Both the position numbers and the translations under genes were made by a program. Below, piece after piece: positions 13,162 through 26,166 of a DNA stretch of 64,000 nt (position 1 is the stretch's first letter; each line of letters begins with the position of its first letter). The notes below the pieces were generated by a model. That model was not told the origin of the DNA. It did no database searches and saw nothing but the letters and a program-made list of their open reading frames with translations. The DNA comes from Marsupella aquatica (lineage: Eukaryota > Plantae > Marchantiophyta), in NCBI GenBank assembly GCA_973895155.1, contig OZ316898.1, forward strand, positions 7,675,079 through 7,739,078, given 5' to 3'.

Positions 13162-13880
13162 CTTGCTCTCTTCGCTACGCCTGTTGTTTGAGAACCTTGA
13201 CCAATTGCGCTGGCAGGGACTGCAAAGCGAAACTGCCAAACGTATTGAAGCGAGTGTGTAACTGAGGGTGGCACCAATGGACTTCATTGATCGAGAGACT
13301 GCACGCACTCGAAAACACCAGCACGGGATGGAAAATGGGGTATGCATGGATCGCATCTGCAAATTAGCCACCCGGGTAGTTTCTATGGTCGGCACGACTG
13401 CAACGGAGAGACTGGGGTTGTTTCCCAAACATCATTCCCCTAATCGACCGAGATAGGCAGCCAGTAGAACGCAAACAGCATGGATGGAAAAATGGGGTAG
13501 ATCGATCCCTGGAGAGAATCTGCGAAGTCGTCATCTGGATAGGTTTCTATGTTGGACAGGACATCCAAACATCTTTCCCAGATTGCTCCAGAAAGGTAAG
13601 AACTGGGGACGCAACGCACACGCGATGGAAATGGGTACACACCTATCTGGAAAGAATGTGCCACGTCGCATAGAATGAAACACCTTTCGCACAGCTTTTC
13701 CAACTTCGCCCACCCCACACTGCGTTCCGTCGCCGACCTCTGGTGTATATATAAGCGGCATCTACCTTCGACACATTCACTTCCTCTTGCCACCCACTGC
13801 AGCTTTCGATAGCTTTGACCTCTCTGCCGATCGATCAGTGCCTTGACGCTAGGTTGTAAGTTAGATAACGGCAACGAGAG

Positions 13881-15494
13881 ATGGCAATTACGAGAGGCGC
13901 TGAACTTTTCATTTGTGTGGTGGCGCTCTGCTGTTGCGTAGCCTCCGTGCGTGCACAGCAGTATGCGGTCACAGAGTGGACGTCAGGAGCTCATGCTACA
14001 TTCTACGGTGGAGAAGATGCTTCCGGAACTATGCGTGAGTGAACCCGATGAGCTCGAGTTTTTTAACATCGTCGATCCATGATTGAGGAAAACATTGATT
14101 TACGCGCTGACTTGTGAATCCTCGTGAACTTTCCTCTTCTTAAGTATTCAATGGCAATCTTGATACTCTGAAACCAGTGATTTAATTGAACTCGAAGCTA
14201 GGTTTCGATCTGATATTTGAGGATGACTGTTTGTGCAGAGGGTGCTTGCGGATACGGTGACCTTTACTGGCAGGGATATGGAACGAACACGGCCGCGCTG
14301 AGCCATGTGTTGTTCAACGACGGACTGAGTTGCGGAGCATGCTTTGCACTTCAATGCGACACCTCACAGAGCAAATGGTGTTATGGAGACAAAGCCATTT
14401 ACGTGACGGCCACCAACTACTGTCCACAAGGTTCCTTCGGCGGCTGGTGCGACTATCCGAAGCCACACTTCGACTTGGCCTATCCTGCATTCACCCAGCT
14501 TGCGCAGGCTGTCGGCGGAGTCATTCCGGTTCATTATAAGAGGTAAGTCGCTTCCCACCTTGACCGAGTGCATTATATTTATCTTCAGAGAAACTTGCAG
14601 AAGCTGCTCATTCAATCTGTGAATGTCGTCCGTTTTGTGGTTGTTGGGTAGTATTATATACACGTAGATAGGTCCAGATGATCATTCGATAGATTGCTTA
14701 CATAAGCCGACACCAACGCAACCACTATTGACTACATGACCGACTGCGGACTGTTTGATTTGTGAGCAAACTCATAGTTGATATATAATGCAGTCGTGCG
14801 CTTGTGACAGTTGCCTCATTAGTACTCTACGGTTGTGAGATGCCAATGACATTTAGAGACAATCTATCTTCCGTTATGTGGTTGCTGGGTAGTACATATA
14901 AATCAGTCGACAGAAGCTTACACCAACGGATACCTACGCAAGCACTATCGCAAAAATGATTGAATATGTGACCGATTGCGGACTGTTTGTGAGCAAACTG
15001 ACAATTGCTAATGTTGTCATGCATGAGCTCGTCACGGTTGCCTCATTAGTCTACGGCTGCGAGATGCCAATGGAATGTGGAGACAACTTTGAACAACGTT
15101 CCGTTTCACTATTATCTACTATTTGCTTTCATCCATGTACTGATTCAATGTGTTGCGGTTTCATTACAGGGTTCCTTGCCTCAAAGATGGCGGTATCCGA
15201 TTCACTATCAGTGGTAACCCGTGGTACATTAGCGTGTTGGTCACCAACGTCGGAGGAGCTGGTGATATTCAGGCCCTTTCCATTAAAGGGTCGAATTCTG
15301 GATCATTCCACGCTCTGAATCACAACTGGGGTCAGATCTGGACATTGGGCACCCAGTTTCTTGGTCAGACACTAACTTTCGAGGCGACAGTGGGACACGG
15401 CCCATATCAGAAGACTTGGACTTTCTGGAATGCTGTCCCGGCCAACTGGCATTTGGGGCAAACTTACGAATATAGCTACAACTTTGACTGGTAG
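13881..15494 (+). CDS. EXPA: Alpha-expansin, intact, 3 exons (13881-14034, 14239-14542, 15170-15494)
   Basis: MAITRGAEL signal peptide, [40 protein letters not shown] introns. TATATATAAG at 13746-13755. Confidence 0.94.
14628..15088. repeat. Degenerate ~240-bp tandem duplication inside expansin intron 2
   Basis: Blocks TCCGTT.TGTGGTTG.TGGGTAGTA, TGACCGA.TGCGGACTGTTTG, GTTGCCTCATTAGT and GAGATGCCAATG each occur twice in the same order. Confidence 0.75.
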
Positions 15495-17838
15495 TGTGGA
15501 ACTCAGCTCCACAGCCGGCAGAGCCATCTACTATTTTGATGGAATCGGGGCTGAGATTATTTGAGTGTTGTAAATAGCTAGCGCTCACTGTTTCCAGAAA
15601 AGAGTTTGTTTACTCTTGAAAGTTTGTAGGAATAATGTGTGGAGTGAATACTACCATACGCTCCATGCCCGTTAAGCAGGAGTAGGCTGAGGTGTTTGTG
15701 TTCACTTACAATGTCACACTACATGGTCATCATTGAGCTGACCTTCGAGGTGAGATTTTGGGACTGCAGTACACGCGTTACAGATTGCTATAAGTGTTAT
15801 TCCTAAGTTGATCAGTAGATTGCACGAGGACATAACTCGCAATGTCTGCAGATCATGCACTTCTGCAACATCTCACTTACTGTTTATAATAAATTCATTT
15901 TCCTTCTGGAAAGGAACCATTTGTTATTCATGTATCGGAGTACACTCATATCTCAGATTGAATTGAATGATTTGAAAAAGTAACAACCGGAAATACGTAA
16001 GTGCAGCCATCACATTAAGAAAGGGGTTTTTCAATAGTAAGAACGTATGGCATCTTCCACCGAGCCAAACGAGACTACAACAATCACCTCATTGGACATC
16101 CTTGTTCAACAGATTGCTCCAAACTAAATGCACATGTGGAAGGTTAGACGCCTATGAGGTCAGCACGGGGCCCTGTTTACTTAGAGCCCTTACTTGCACC
16201 CGGTGCACAATCTTCAGGGTAGATTTGGCCAAACAGCATCAAGATGAGCGTTTCCAAAGGGACTCCCTTTCACAGCAGCAGACCCCTTAAGCTCAAAAGC
16301 AAGACCGGATATCACTATCTTCATACCCTTTTCTATCAATGCGAACCCATATTTCTTCCTGGCTAAACCGCATATCGAATACAAGTTTCTGGCCTAGCGC
16401 AGCAAAGCAAAGTACAATAGAGCAAACTGCTGCAGTGAAAGGACCAAAATCCGTCCCATCTCACACTGCAATGCCTGATGTCAGTAACATGATTCAACCT
16501 AGTCATTATTGTAAGGAGAAGAATTCGCCTGGTGCTCTTTCCTCAATACTTCAGTTGGAGACCTCGATCACCAGGTTCTCGGTCCTGGCGGTGATAAGAT
16601 AAGGTTGCGAGCAAAATCGATAAATGACAACACATGAAATGTCAGGAAGCCTTGAAAATTCACATGCTACGTTCAGATGAGACGTCCTCTGGCAGTATAT
16701 GAACACTTTCTTCTTTTCATCGAGTAGACAATCAGCAGTGCAGTGAGACAATCTATCTGCGTAGCACACACGCAGCAACAGGGCTTGGGATCATGGAAAG
16801 TAATGAACCTCGAAGTACCCCTATGATTGGTCGCTGAATCTCTTTTAACTTAAGACCCGCGTTGCAACTCACTAGCAATAAACTGAAACAGTATGGAATA
16901 GCACAGATCCCCTCAAAACAACAGGGTACAATCGAAACAAACAACACCGCTGGCCCGGACCTGCCAAGAACTCTGTTTACTGGAGTTAAGAATTTTCTGT
17001 GGGACAACAAAGACGATTCCATGTGGCAGAGGCTCACAAAGCTATCGATACGGCTATGAATATTAAAGAAACAAAGGTACCTTCAAGATCAAAAATTCAA
17101 GTTCCATACAGGTCTCCAGTCTCAACCACAACATAAGACAGGTGAATATTCAAGCTCAAACCTTCAGAGTTAGGCGAAGGTTACTTTGAGAGGAAAGAGA
17201 TACTTGAATGAATAAGATGCCGTATCCATTAAACTTAAAATTTAGCTGAGAGGAAAAACAATTCAGCAGGCAATACTGACTGGTCGTCATTTGGCTACTC
17301 TTGGCTCAGTAACCGACATACTCAAACCTTCTAGAGAAACAACAAAACTACTTTTGCCTCTTGAAACCAATTCAATAGTCTCCGTATTGCATGTCCTCCA
17401 AGGTAGCCACCTATTTCTTTGGAGAAAAGTTTCTGACGGACTACCTACAGCCTCTCTTTTCTTTCTTTCTTTTAAACTATCTACAGCCTTGTACTGCTCA
17501 CCCTGCATGAGTGCACCAACCCGACATGGCTTCCTGTAGTAAAGTGAACGAGACTCTACAGCATTAGCTTCGGGGAAAACACAATTGTAAACTTTACATT
17601 CAGCAGAACAAAGAGAGCTGGAGTTAAGGTGGGGCTAAACAATCCCTCAATTAGGGTTGACCATAGAAATCCGCCTGATTCAATTCTGGTCAAGGAATTC
17701 CTCAGCCTGTCTTCTGCCTTTTCCACTGCACTAGCTCTTCTCTAGTTCTGTGTAACAATCATTATACCTAGTCATCGAACCTCATTGTCCACGAAAACGA
17801 AACCCATCTGCCACAGAAGGCTGTTTCTCTCTCTCGCT

Positions 17839-18405
17839 CTATTTGGTCTTGTTGTCGGGCATGGGGAACATTCCCTGACTGGGAGCTCCTCTTGGTGGAG
17901 CAAACCCTAAAAATTTCTGGAGGTTGGAACGGATGCTGACAGAGCACAGAAAGTAGAGAAACACCATGGCACAATCCGTCGGATCCTCGCCAGATAAGCC
18001 TCGGTGAGACATCTTCTGAACGAGACTGAGAGGAGTGAACGGCAACTTCGCCACCGCCTTCCCTTCAAACAGAGAATTGAGGAGCCCGAAGACAACGATG
18101 AGCACCACCGCCACAACACCACCGCTCTTGAACTTGGAGAAGGAGAGGTCGCGCGACGATTCCTTGAGACTCGTCTCGAATCGGTCCATCTTCTTGGCCT
18201 TGGACTTCTTCGTGGCCGCCACCGTCGGAGTGCTGCTCTTCATGCTCTCCAGTTTCTTCGTTGTTCGGTCGATGGTGGACCGCAGACTCTTGTACGAGCT
18301 GGTTCGGTAGATCAGCAACCACGAGATGCCCTCGCAAATCCATGCCGACGCGAACGAGATCCCCAATATCAGCAGCCCATCGCCATACCTTGCGGTCGCT
18401 GCCAT
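17839..18405 (-). CDS. TMCO1: TMCO1 / calcium load-activated calcium channel (DUF106, Oxa1 superfamily), 188 aa, intronless CDS
   Basis: EGISWLLIYRTSSYKSL, coiled coil, FEGKAVAKLPFTP, MSHRGLSGEDPTDCAMVFLYFLC, QKFLGFAPPR. First ATG at 18405. Confidence 0.95.
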   Translation of the reverse strand: MAATARYGDGLLILGISFASAWICEGISWLLIYRTSSYKSLRSTIDRTTKKLESMKSSTPTVAATKKSKAKKMDRFETSLKESSRDLSFSKFKSGGVVAVVLIVVFGLLNSLFEGKAVAKLPFTPLSLVQKMSHRGLSGEDPTDCAMVFLYFLCSVSIRSNLQKFLGFAPPRGAPSQGMFPMPDNKTK

Positions 18406-18465
18406 CCTTCGTCTCACAATCTTCTCGATACTCGATCTAGACGATCTGCCTTCCTTTTCTCTCGG

Positions 18466-18510
18466 CTTCCTTCCTTCCTTCCTTCCTTCCTTCCTTTCCT
18501 TTCCTCCTTG
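18466..18510. repeat. (CTTC)n microsatellite in the TMCO1 5' leader
   Basis: cttccttccttccttccttccttcc run. Confidence 0.85.
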
Positions 18511-18537
18511 CTTGTTCTTTCCTTACAAAAAAACTTC

Positions 18538-18970
18538 GCAAACGAAGTGAACAACCCAATTTGTGACTAAACCACAATTATTACTCACGAGCCCTATGCC
18601 AAAAAGGCAAAAACCATGCAACAAAGTGAACAACCCAATTTGTGACTAAACCACAATTATTACTCACGAGCCCTATGCCAAAAACTTGGCAACAAAATGA
18701 ACAACCCAATTTGTGGGTAAGCCACAATTTATTACTCACGAGCCATATGCCAAAAAGGCTAAAACCATGCAACAAAGTGAACAACCCAATTTGTGGCTAA
18801 ACCACAATTATTACTCACGAGCCCTATGCCAAAAACTTGGCAACAAAATGAACAACCCAATTTGTGGGTAAACCACAATTATTATGCATGAGCCCTATGC
18901 CAAAAACTTTGCAGCAAAGTGAACAACCCAATTTGTGACTAAGCCACAATTATTACTGACCACCCCTATG
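18538..18970. repeat. Tandem minisatellite, 6 units of 71/79-80 bp
   Basis: TGAACAACCCAATTTGTG core preceded by unit starts at 18547, 18626, 18697, 18777, 18848 and 18919. Confidence 0.93.
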
Positions 18971-21391
18971 TCTGTGCATTGCACGGAGCAAGGAGGGCCG
19001 GTCCATAGGGAGTCAGGCCGAGTCATTTATAGGGTTCCCATTTCTTTCATTGATGGTCAGGGAAAATAGCAAATCAAATCTAATGAATGTGGATCTTTCC
19101 CGCCCAGGAGCTTTTATGTATTATGATGAAGAACAAGAAAAGGCTGAATTCCTTATTATAGTTGTACTAGATAATAATATATAACAAGAAGTCTCAAACA
19201 TTTCTCACTTTGTTCCACATTCCACTCACTTATTTCTTCTAAGTTGCCAGTATGCTCCACAATTTCAAGGAAATTAAATTGTTTCTAGTGAAATCTATTT
19301 ACTAGGGTAACCCGTAGCTCCTGAAGGGGCGGTTGTGATTTAAGAGGATGATTTATCTTTTTTTGCCTTGAAACCATAGCTGACCCATCCAAAGAGAGTA
19401 TTGTGGTTAAACTGACACGGTTCACCAGGTTAGACGAGGACAAATAGAATAGAGCACTTTTCTACTTTCTTGAACACATTCTTTAATTGGTTAATTTTAG
19501 TAGCCTGGATCCACCAGGTATGGCTTGGAGTACATTGATTTCTTGGTTTATTTTAGTAACCTGGATCCACCAGGTTTGGCTTCAAGGTCAGTGGCTCTTT
19601 GAAATCACACCTACCTATATAAAAGCCCCATTCCCTGGCACTTCCTCTTTATATCTGTCCTGTGGTGAAGTAAACATTGCCTCAGCATAAAAGGTTGAGC
19701 ACTAGCTCACCACTCTGGCCAGTAATCACACATCAAAATGTGGTAATATAGGGTGCATATTCACTAATTTGACAAAAATATTGAGGTTTATCATGGTATA
19801 CACTGATGTAGTACACCATAAATCTCATATTTTGATGTGGAATTACCGGGGCCCACTCACCACACTACTCCTCATCTCTGTGATGTGGTGAAGTGAACTA
19901 GTCTCACCTATTCCTGAACCTATGCAATTTATAATGAGAGGCACAAAGAACCCCTGCCTAGCTCGTTATATGTGCAGTTGTGGACTATTTATCTTTTTGC
20001 CTTGACACCAAAGCTGACCCATCCAAGAGAGGATAGACTGTCAACTCCTGAGCACACCCTTAATATGTAGGGTCCCCCCCTAGGGTAGCCACCCATCCAA
20101 GAGAGGATGGTAGTTAAGAGGACGATATATTTTGTTTGCCCTGAAACCTAAAGTTGACTCATCCAAGTGAGGATAGACAATCAACTCGGGAGCATGCGCC
20201 TCTGTAGGGTAGCCACAAGGGGGTCATAACAAGGGGGTCATACCAAGGGATCCAACAGGGACCCAGACCAAGAGGGAGAGAGGATGAACAAGAGCCCCAA
20301 AACAGACCAGCCAGGGGCTGAGGAGAAACCATGCAGGACTGACTCCCACCACTACACCCCCCCCCCCCCACACACGCACACGCATACCCTCCACAGCCCT
20401 TGCATGTCGCTGCAAACATTGCCTGTTGTGATTGTGGGACAAATCTAACCTGGCACAACCATACGCCATGAATATTGGAATGCACTTTTTGTGGGGCTAT
20501 GTGACTAAAATGAGTGACAACGTGTATATTTCCACAAAAATATGGCAACTTAGTAAATCTCGCTTTCTTCTTTGCCCTCTAAGCCAATGTGTTCATCGCC
20601 CCTTGTTCCTTTTTGGGTTTCTTTTCAGCCACTTTTGGTGGCAATTGTTTTACCAAAATCCACCTTCAACAGAGGCTCTCTTATTTTTTGCCAAATTTTA
20701 TCAAGATTTTTCAGTTCCTGTGAGCTAGTCCCCCGTGAAACAAAATGCCTTGACTATCAGATTATTAAGTTTATTATCCTTGCATGGGGTGAGCTTAGGT
20801 GAAGTTGTTGCTTGAATGGACCACACTGTTTGACCTGAAGGCTCCAATGGACAAACTATTCAATATACAATTGTTATTATTATCATCATTATTATTCTTA
20901 AGTTCAATTTGTAACTGAATTAAAGTTGACAGCCATGATTTATTAAAAGTGGCCAGGCACAAGGGGTTTTGGTTTTGTCTGCAACCCTACCGTCTGTAGT
21001 GAACTTAAGAATAACCCTAAACCACCATCCATATATTCTTCATATGTCGTAATTAATATGAATAAAAGAATCTATTTTAATTTGTTCTCATATGACAAGT
21101 TCCTTCAAACCGATCATGGACAAACAAGGGCCTAACCAAAGCAGAAGGTCCCATGCTAGAGCCCCACAACACCGCTCTAGCATGGGAACAGCAAGTCCAT
21201 ATGTAAATTGTGACCTAGGCAGCAAGCCATCTGATATTCAATATCACATGATACATACCATGGTAACAGTACTATCGTCCTCCCAACACAACAATGAGGA
21301 TGGGTCATTTTGGCCCTTTTTCCATAAGACAGTGCCAAAAAAATGTAAATATTTTTGAGTTTTATGCAAAACTAGCCTGATGCATGTGCAC

Positions 21392-21512
21392 AAAAGATGT
21401 TGAGATGGAAAAAGATGTCGAGGTGAAGAAAAGATGTCGGGGTGAAAAAAGTTGATGATGAGAGAGAAAGATGTCTAGGTGAGAAAAAGAAGTCAACGTG
21501 AAAAAAAGATAT
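21392..21512. repeat. Degenerate ~19-bp tandem repeat (AAAAGATGTCGAGGTGA-like)
   Basis: About 6 imperfect copies visible. Confidence 0.65.
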
Positions 21513-22771
21513 CATTATGTGTTTATGTGACCTTGGCCACGGAACCAAGTGGAACTATTTCATCCATCCTATTATTAATTAATATCTGAGGACGAATAGA
21601 GGACTGATGATGCAAAAGGACTAACAATACTGGGCATGGGACGGAGGGTGAGGCAAGGTGACGAGGCAGCCACTCACAACGCATGGAGGATGATGCACAG
21701 AGTACTCATAATGATTGCTTTGGGAGGGAGGGAGCCCGGGTCAGGCCCGAGAGCATCAATGATTGCATTGGGAGGGAGGGAAGGCATCGGCCACGGGAGG
21801 GTGCCGGCAACTGCATCAGGAGGGCCGGAGGGCGAGGGAGTAATCAAATGATTACCAAAAATCACCCAAAAGATCTACCGGCTGTCATTCCTTCCCTCCC
21901 AAAATGTATTTTGTAATGGGATGAAGGATGAAAATGAGTGCATGATTCAATATTACAGATGTAGATGTCATCATGGTGAAATGTCTTGATGTTTTCAAGT
22001 GCAATCAATGCAACTATGCACTATTTAAGGTCTACATAGTGCTAGGTGTCAAAGCATTCCCTTTCCTCAAGGGCCTCAATCCATGCAAGGCGTGTTCCAT
22101 TTCATATGCAAAGTTTTGGGGGAATAAACACCCTAAAGCTTAAGTCAATAAAGTTCTTTTGAGGAATTGTTTTACCCCTTACTTAATGGAATATTCTTGG
22201 AATAATCCCAAATTTGGTTTTAAAAACCCTACAACTCTTATAATTCTGAAAATTAGATTAAAACAACCCTAATGTTCTTCAACAAAAATTTAAAATTCTT
22301 TCACTAAACCCAATAAAAAAACCCTATACTTATTCGCGTGTGATGGGTTGGAAGAAAAGAAGTGAGGATCCTGGGTCCCTTTACTCTTTTTTAATTAACA
22401 AACTAAGAGGGGAAAGCCCTATATCATGTTGTTTAAGTTTACAATCATGCATGTTAACGCATGAAATTTAATTTGTAAAATCTCAACTCATGTTTGAATT
22501 GCTTTAGTTTACAATACCTGGAATTTTATTTTACGAAACATACTCCTTGGCGGCCAAAACTAATAATCTTAGCTCATCCCAAATGTTAAAGTTGGGTTTA
22601 ATCAAACCGCAACCGTGAGCTAGGGAGCCTTTAAATTGACTAAACGAAAGGGGCGTCCTTGAGTATAGGCACAGACCGGGATCATTTCTCTCTGACTAAT
22701 TATCCGTCTAAGTAGATAGTGTCACCCAAAGTGTCTCTCATCATGCAAGGGAACCTCATGGTCACAGCTTA

Positions 22772-23827
22772 CTACCTCTTTGGCGATTGGCAGAGGATAT
22801 CATTCTTTGATGATCCACAACCCATCATGAAGCTGGGCACTTTCTTGGTGATTGATTTTGATCTTACAGGATGTGGTACATTAAGTTTCGGATGGGGGGG
22901 AGCATTCACAATCCAACTACATTGAAGAAGCTCCTTTGCACTAGGGCGGCATTGTGCATCAAAGGCTAAGCAGCTTTCAACAAATTCTTGACATGCTTGA
23001 GAGCAGTTGGGTGGCACATCTACCGAAAGGAGACTCCCTAACTCTGGGTCACCTTCATTGGTTTCAAGTCCAAATAGACTTGGCTCTTCCTCAGGGGGTT
23101 TGCCTGTTAACATCTCGACTATACAACAACCCAATGAGTAGATATCTGACATCTCATCTTGTTGGGCCATACTTATCACCTCGGGTGCGGAATACTCTGG
23201 GGTCCCAGTCACAAAAATCCTCCGTCTTCTTTTACTGTCTCCGGGCCTAGGATCCAAAACAAGGTCTCCTTCCTCCATAATCTTGGAAGAGCCAAAATCA
23301 CAAATTTTAATATTGTTATCCCCGACAAGGAAGTTTGCACACTTGAGGTCTCCGTGTACTATCCCTCTATTATGTAAATGGTATAGTCCCATAAGCACAT
23401 CTCTAGTGTATGCAGCTACAATGGGCTCCTCTAAGCTTCCTCCATTTCGATGTGTCTGCTCAAGTACATTGCCTCCCGGCACATACTCCATGAAAACATC
23501 AAATGTAGTTGTCATGTCAGTTGCCCTTGCAGCTTTAGTTATGGCATAACCCAAGTAACCAACAATAAATGGTGAATTGCTTTCGCTGAGTACTCTCTTC
23601 TCTTTTGATAAAGCCAACCTCTGTTCCACTTCTTTTGTGTTCACGCTCTTTACAGCAAACTTCTCTCCAGTGTCGTTGTCTATGGCTAGGTATACCTTTC
23701 CAAAAGATCCATCACCTATTAGCTTACTCCGAGTCCAATGTTTAATTGTAGTAGAAAATATTTCACTATTCTCACCAGCTTGACTGATATTTTTTACCGG
23801 CATTTTCCCTGTATGGTCTACTACCAT
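22772..23827 (-). CDS. Ser/Thr protein kinase, MAP3K (STE11/MEKK)-like, intronless, non-RD
   Basis: WTRSKLIGDGSFGKVYLA, FAVKS, FMEYVPGG, HGDLKCANFLV, DFG, GTPEYSAPE, SDIYSLGC, RPSAKELL. Confidence 0.92.
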   Translation of the reverse strand: MVVDHTGKMPVKNISQAGENSEIFSTTIKHWTRSKLIGDGSFGKVYLAIDNDTGEKFAVKSVNTKEVEQRLALSKEKRVLSESNSPFIVGYLGYAITKAARATDMTTTFDVFMEYVPGGNVLEQTHRNGGSLEEPIVAAYTRDVLMGLYHLHNRGIVHGDLKCANFLVGDNNIKICDFGSSKIMEEGDLVLDPRPGDSKRRRRIFVTGTPEYSAPEVISMAQQDEMSDIYSLGCCIVEMLTGKPPEEEPSLFGLETNEGDPELGSLLSVDVPPNCSQACQEFVESCLAFDAQCRPSAKELLQCSWIVNAPPHPKLNVPHPVRSKSITKKVPSFMMGCGSSKNDILCQSPKR

Positions 23828-25514
23828 TGTACCTTTAGTTTATCATAGCATAGTATAAGTAGTCCACCCTTGCTAGCCTTTTTTTAAGGATATTAATCTT
23901 GGGCATGGTAAGGCCTCGTCAATCAATCCTTGCTAGCTTCCAACACTTAGCTACAACCCTAGTAGGCGATATGGCAAAGTTTGCGTCTGCATAGCAAAGT
24001 TGAACACAACACAACCCAGTGAAGGCATGTTAGCTTTTACAACCCATAATTAATTTCACGGACAACTGGGTAAAAGCATGATTTAAAGCTTTGTGCACAT
24101 AGTGTGCCATTAACATGTAAACATAGAAAAGTACTGTCCGTATTTGAGTAATAAATTTCTTTGTCACAAGAGTCAATCCTTCTTCTAAAGGACAAGGCAA
24201 CAGTCCGCAGTATTGAACAAGCCAGATCATTCTGTTTCATCTCTAATCACGGTCACTAGCCCGGCCACTAGTCTGAGTGCACATTCTTTGAATGTAAGTA
24301 AAGGGGAGGGCATTCAAGCTTATTGCGCCAGAGACACACCCTTACCCCCAATCCCTGTTTTCCATTCACACCCTCACTTTCAGTTACGCCCCCAGAGTCA
24401 CAGTCTAGAGGGTTCTCTCAATCGTAGTCTCTGAACAGTGGCTTTTGACTGATTCCGCTTTTGATTACAATTATATACTTAGATCAATGAACATGTATAT
24501 ATTGTCTATTAATGGTCAGAGAAAATAACCATTTGGGACATGATTTTAGGCTAGTTGTATGGCCTCCTAGCCATTCTATTCTTAATCTCTCAGTCAACTC
24601 TTACTAGTTACCGGGCTAGTCACTTTGCAATCGTATGCTGCAAGAGGATTATACATAATACTCATGCATCCATTCCATGTGTAGGAATATGGCAAAGATT
24701 TCAACTACTAAATTTAGTAGTTGAGATCAAGTGATAATATATCATAAATTTCAACTTCGTCCATGTCATGTTTGAATTATGTAGAAATTAATCTGCAAGA
24801 TAGAATTACTGGAGAACGTAGATACTGCTATGCTGAATATTTGCAGTAATTTACAATGCAAAGGATCCCGTGCCACATTGTTAGCATGTTTAGGAATTAA
24901 TCCACAAGATATACAAAGTTTAGAGGAGGCCTCCAAATAACTTTGCTTGCCTTGATGATGCTCAAATAACTCAAGGAAAGGGTTGTGAAAGGACCCTGCA
25001 CAAACCACCTGTAGAATTGACTGAAGTAGACCACGCACATGTTGATGAATGTGGCTCATAAGAGAGGATTGACCCCATTAGCTTCCAACCTCGCCTCCCA
25101 CGCTTTTGTCAATCCTTTCACCAACTATGCTCCCTCCTCTTCCACTCATGTTTCCTACTTCTAATTGATTTGATGGAGCTGAAACCAACATTGATGGAAC
25201 CTATGGTTTTGGATGCTCTTAAAGAATCTAGGCCTGGTCTTCTACTAGAACCTTGAATAAGACGTGAAGACGATCCTATTATATAAGTTGTGTGATTCCA
25301 TGGAGGGATTGCACTTCAGGAGCTCCCTAGTGCACACATGAGATTAATAATTTTACCCTGAGTCTACACTAGGTGCTTGAAAGGCATTTGCTCTCAAAGA
25401 AGTTGACGTTATTAGACACCAGAAACATGCATTCTCATTGAAGAGTTTAAACTACATGATGTCCATTTACAGCAATTTGATACCAAACCCCACATTTTAA
25501 GCTAAAGCTTATCA

Positions 25515-25533
25515 TGTCTCTTGCAAAGAGACA
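25515..25533. promoter_or_regulatory. Candidate bipartite auxin response element TGTCTC-N7-GAGACA
   Basis: TGTCTC TTGCAAA GAGACA, about 1.7 kb upstream of kinase 1. The motif is certain; function is inferred. Confidence 0.45.
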
Positions 25534-26166
25534 CACCTTTTCAAAGTTATAAGGCTGGATCCATCCCGTTGGCTAAGTGTGACAATGTCTTGTTATAGCT
25601 CTCAAATGCTGCCTTGTTTGTCCAGTTAACAGATCAGGTAAAAGAGGCTTTCCTAAAATCATTCCTTTCATTCGTTTCCTCTTGACTCGGACACTCATTC
25701 GTATTGACTTCAAAAATTCGAAAACATGTTGCAATGAACTCTGGTTTCACAACAAGTGAGACATGCATTGTATAAAAGCTCTTGAAGGTCTAATTATTTT
25801 GGACAGTCTTTGCTCTCCTGCCAAAGTTTTTAAGTTTGTAGAGAACAATTTATTTTGGATTGATGGCTACATTAAAGCTTGCATCCTAAGTGAAGTAGGC
25901 GAAGGTATTAGTAAGTGGCTCTTAATTAATTTGGTACTAAAAACATTTGTGCTGGGCTAGTGCACAACTTGGCATCCATGATTATCGTGTCCAGAACTTC
26001 ACCCTGCTGTCTAGAAATTGCACACCATGATTTTGGCATGTCCGAGTCTACGGTAATAATTGGCTAAAATCTACGTGCAACAAGCTAGTTCATACCAGTA
26101 CTAAATGGTTCACAGCCTCGATTTTGCGTCTCAACAGTTGTCTGTGTCAAAATGATTCATTGCATG

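Noticed and set aside
18004-18570. 188-aa ORF antisense to TMCO1 (and similar antisense ORFs over the kinases and H1-like genes)
   Set aside because: Shadow ORFs of real coding sequence.
18538-18970. CRISPR-like appearance of the repeat array
   Set aside because: Inter-repeat segments are themselves repeated (no unique spacers), there are no cas genes, and the context is eukaryotic.
18972-18986. Helitron-type 3' hairpin CTGTGCATTGCACGG
   Set aside because: No CTRR terminus at the expected distance on either strand.
24700-25960. Possible gypsy RT/RNase H remnant between the kinases
   Set aside because: Only vague similarity in broken frames; needs translated search.
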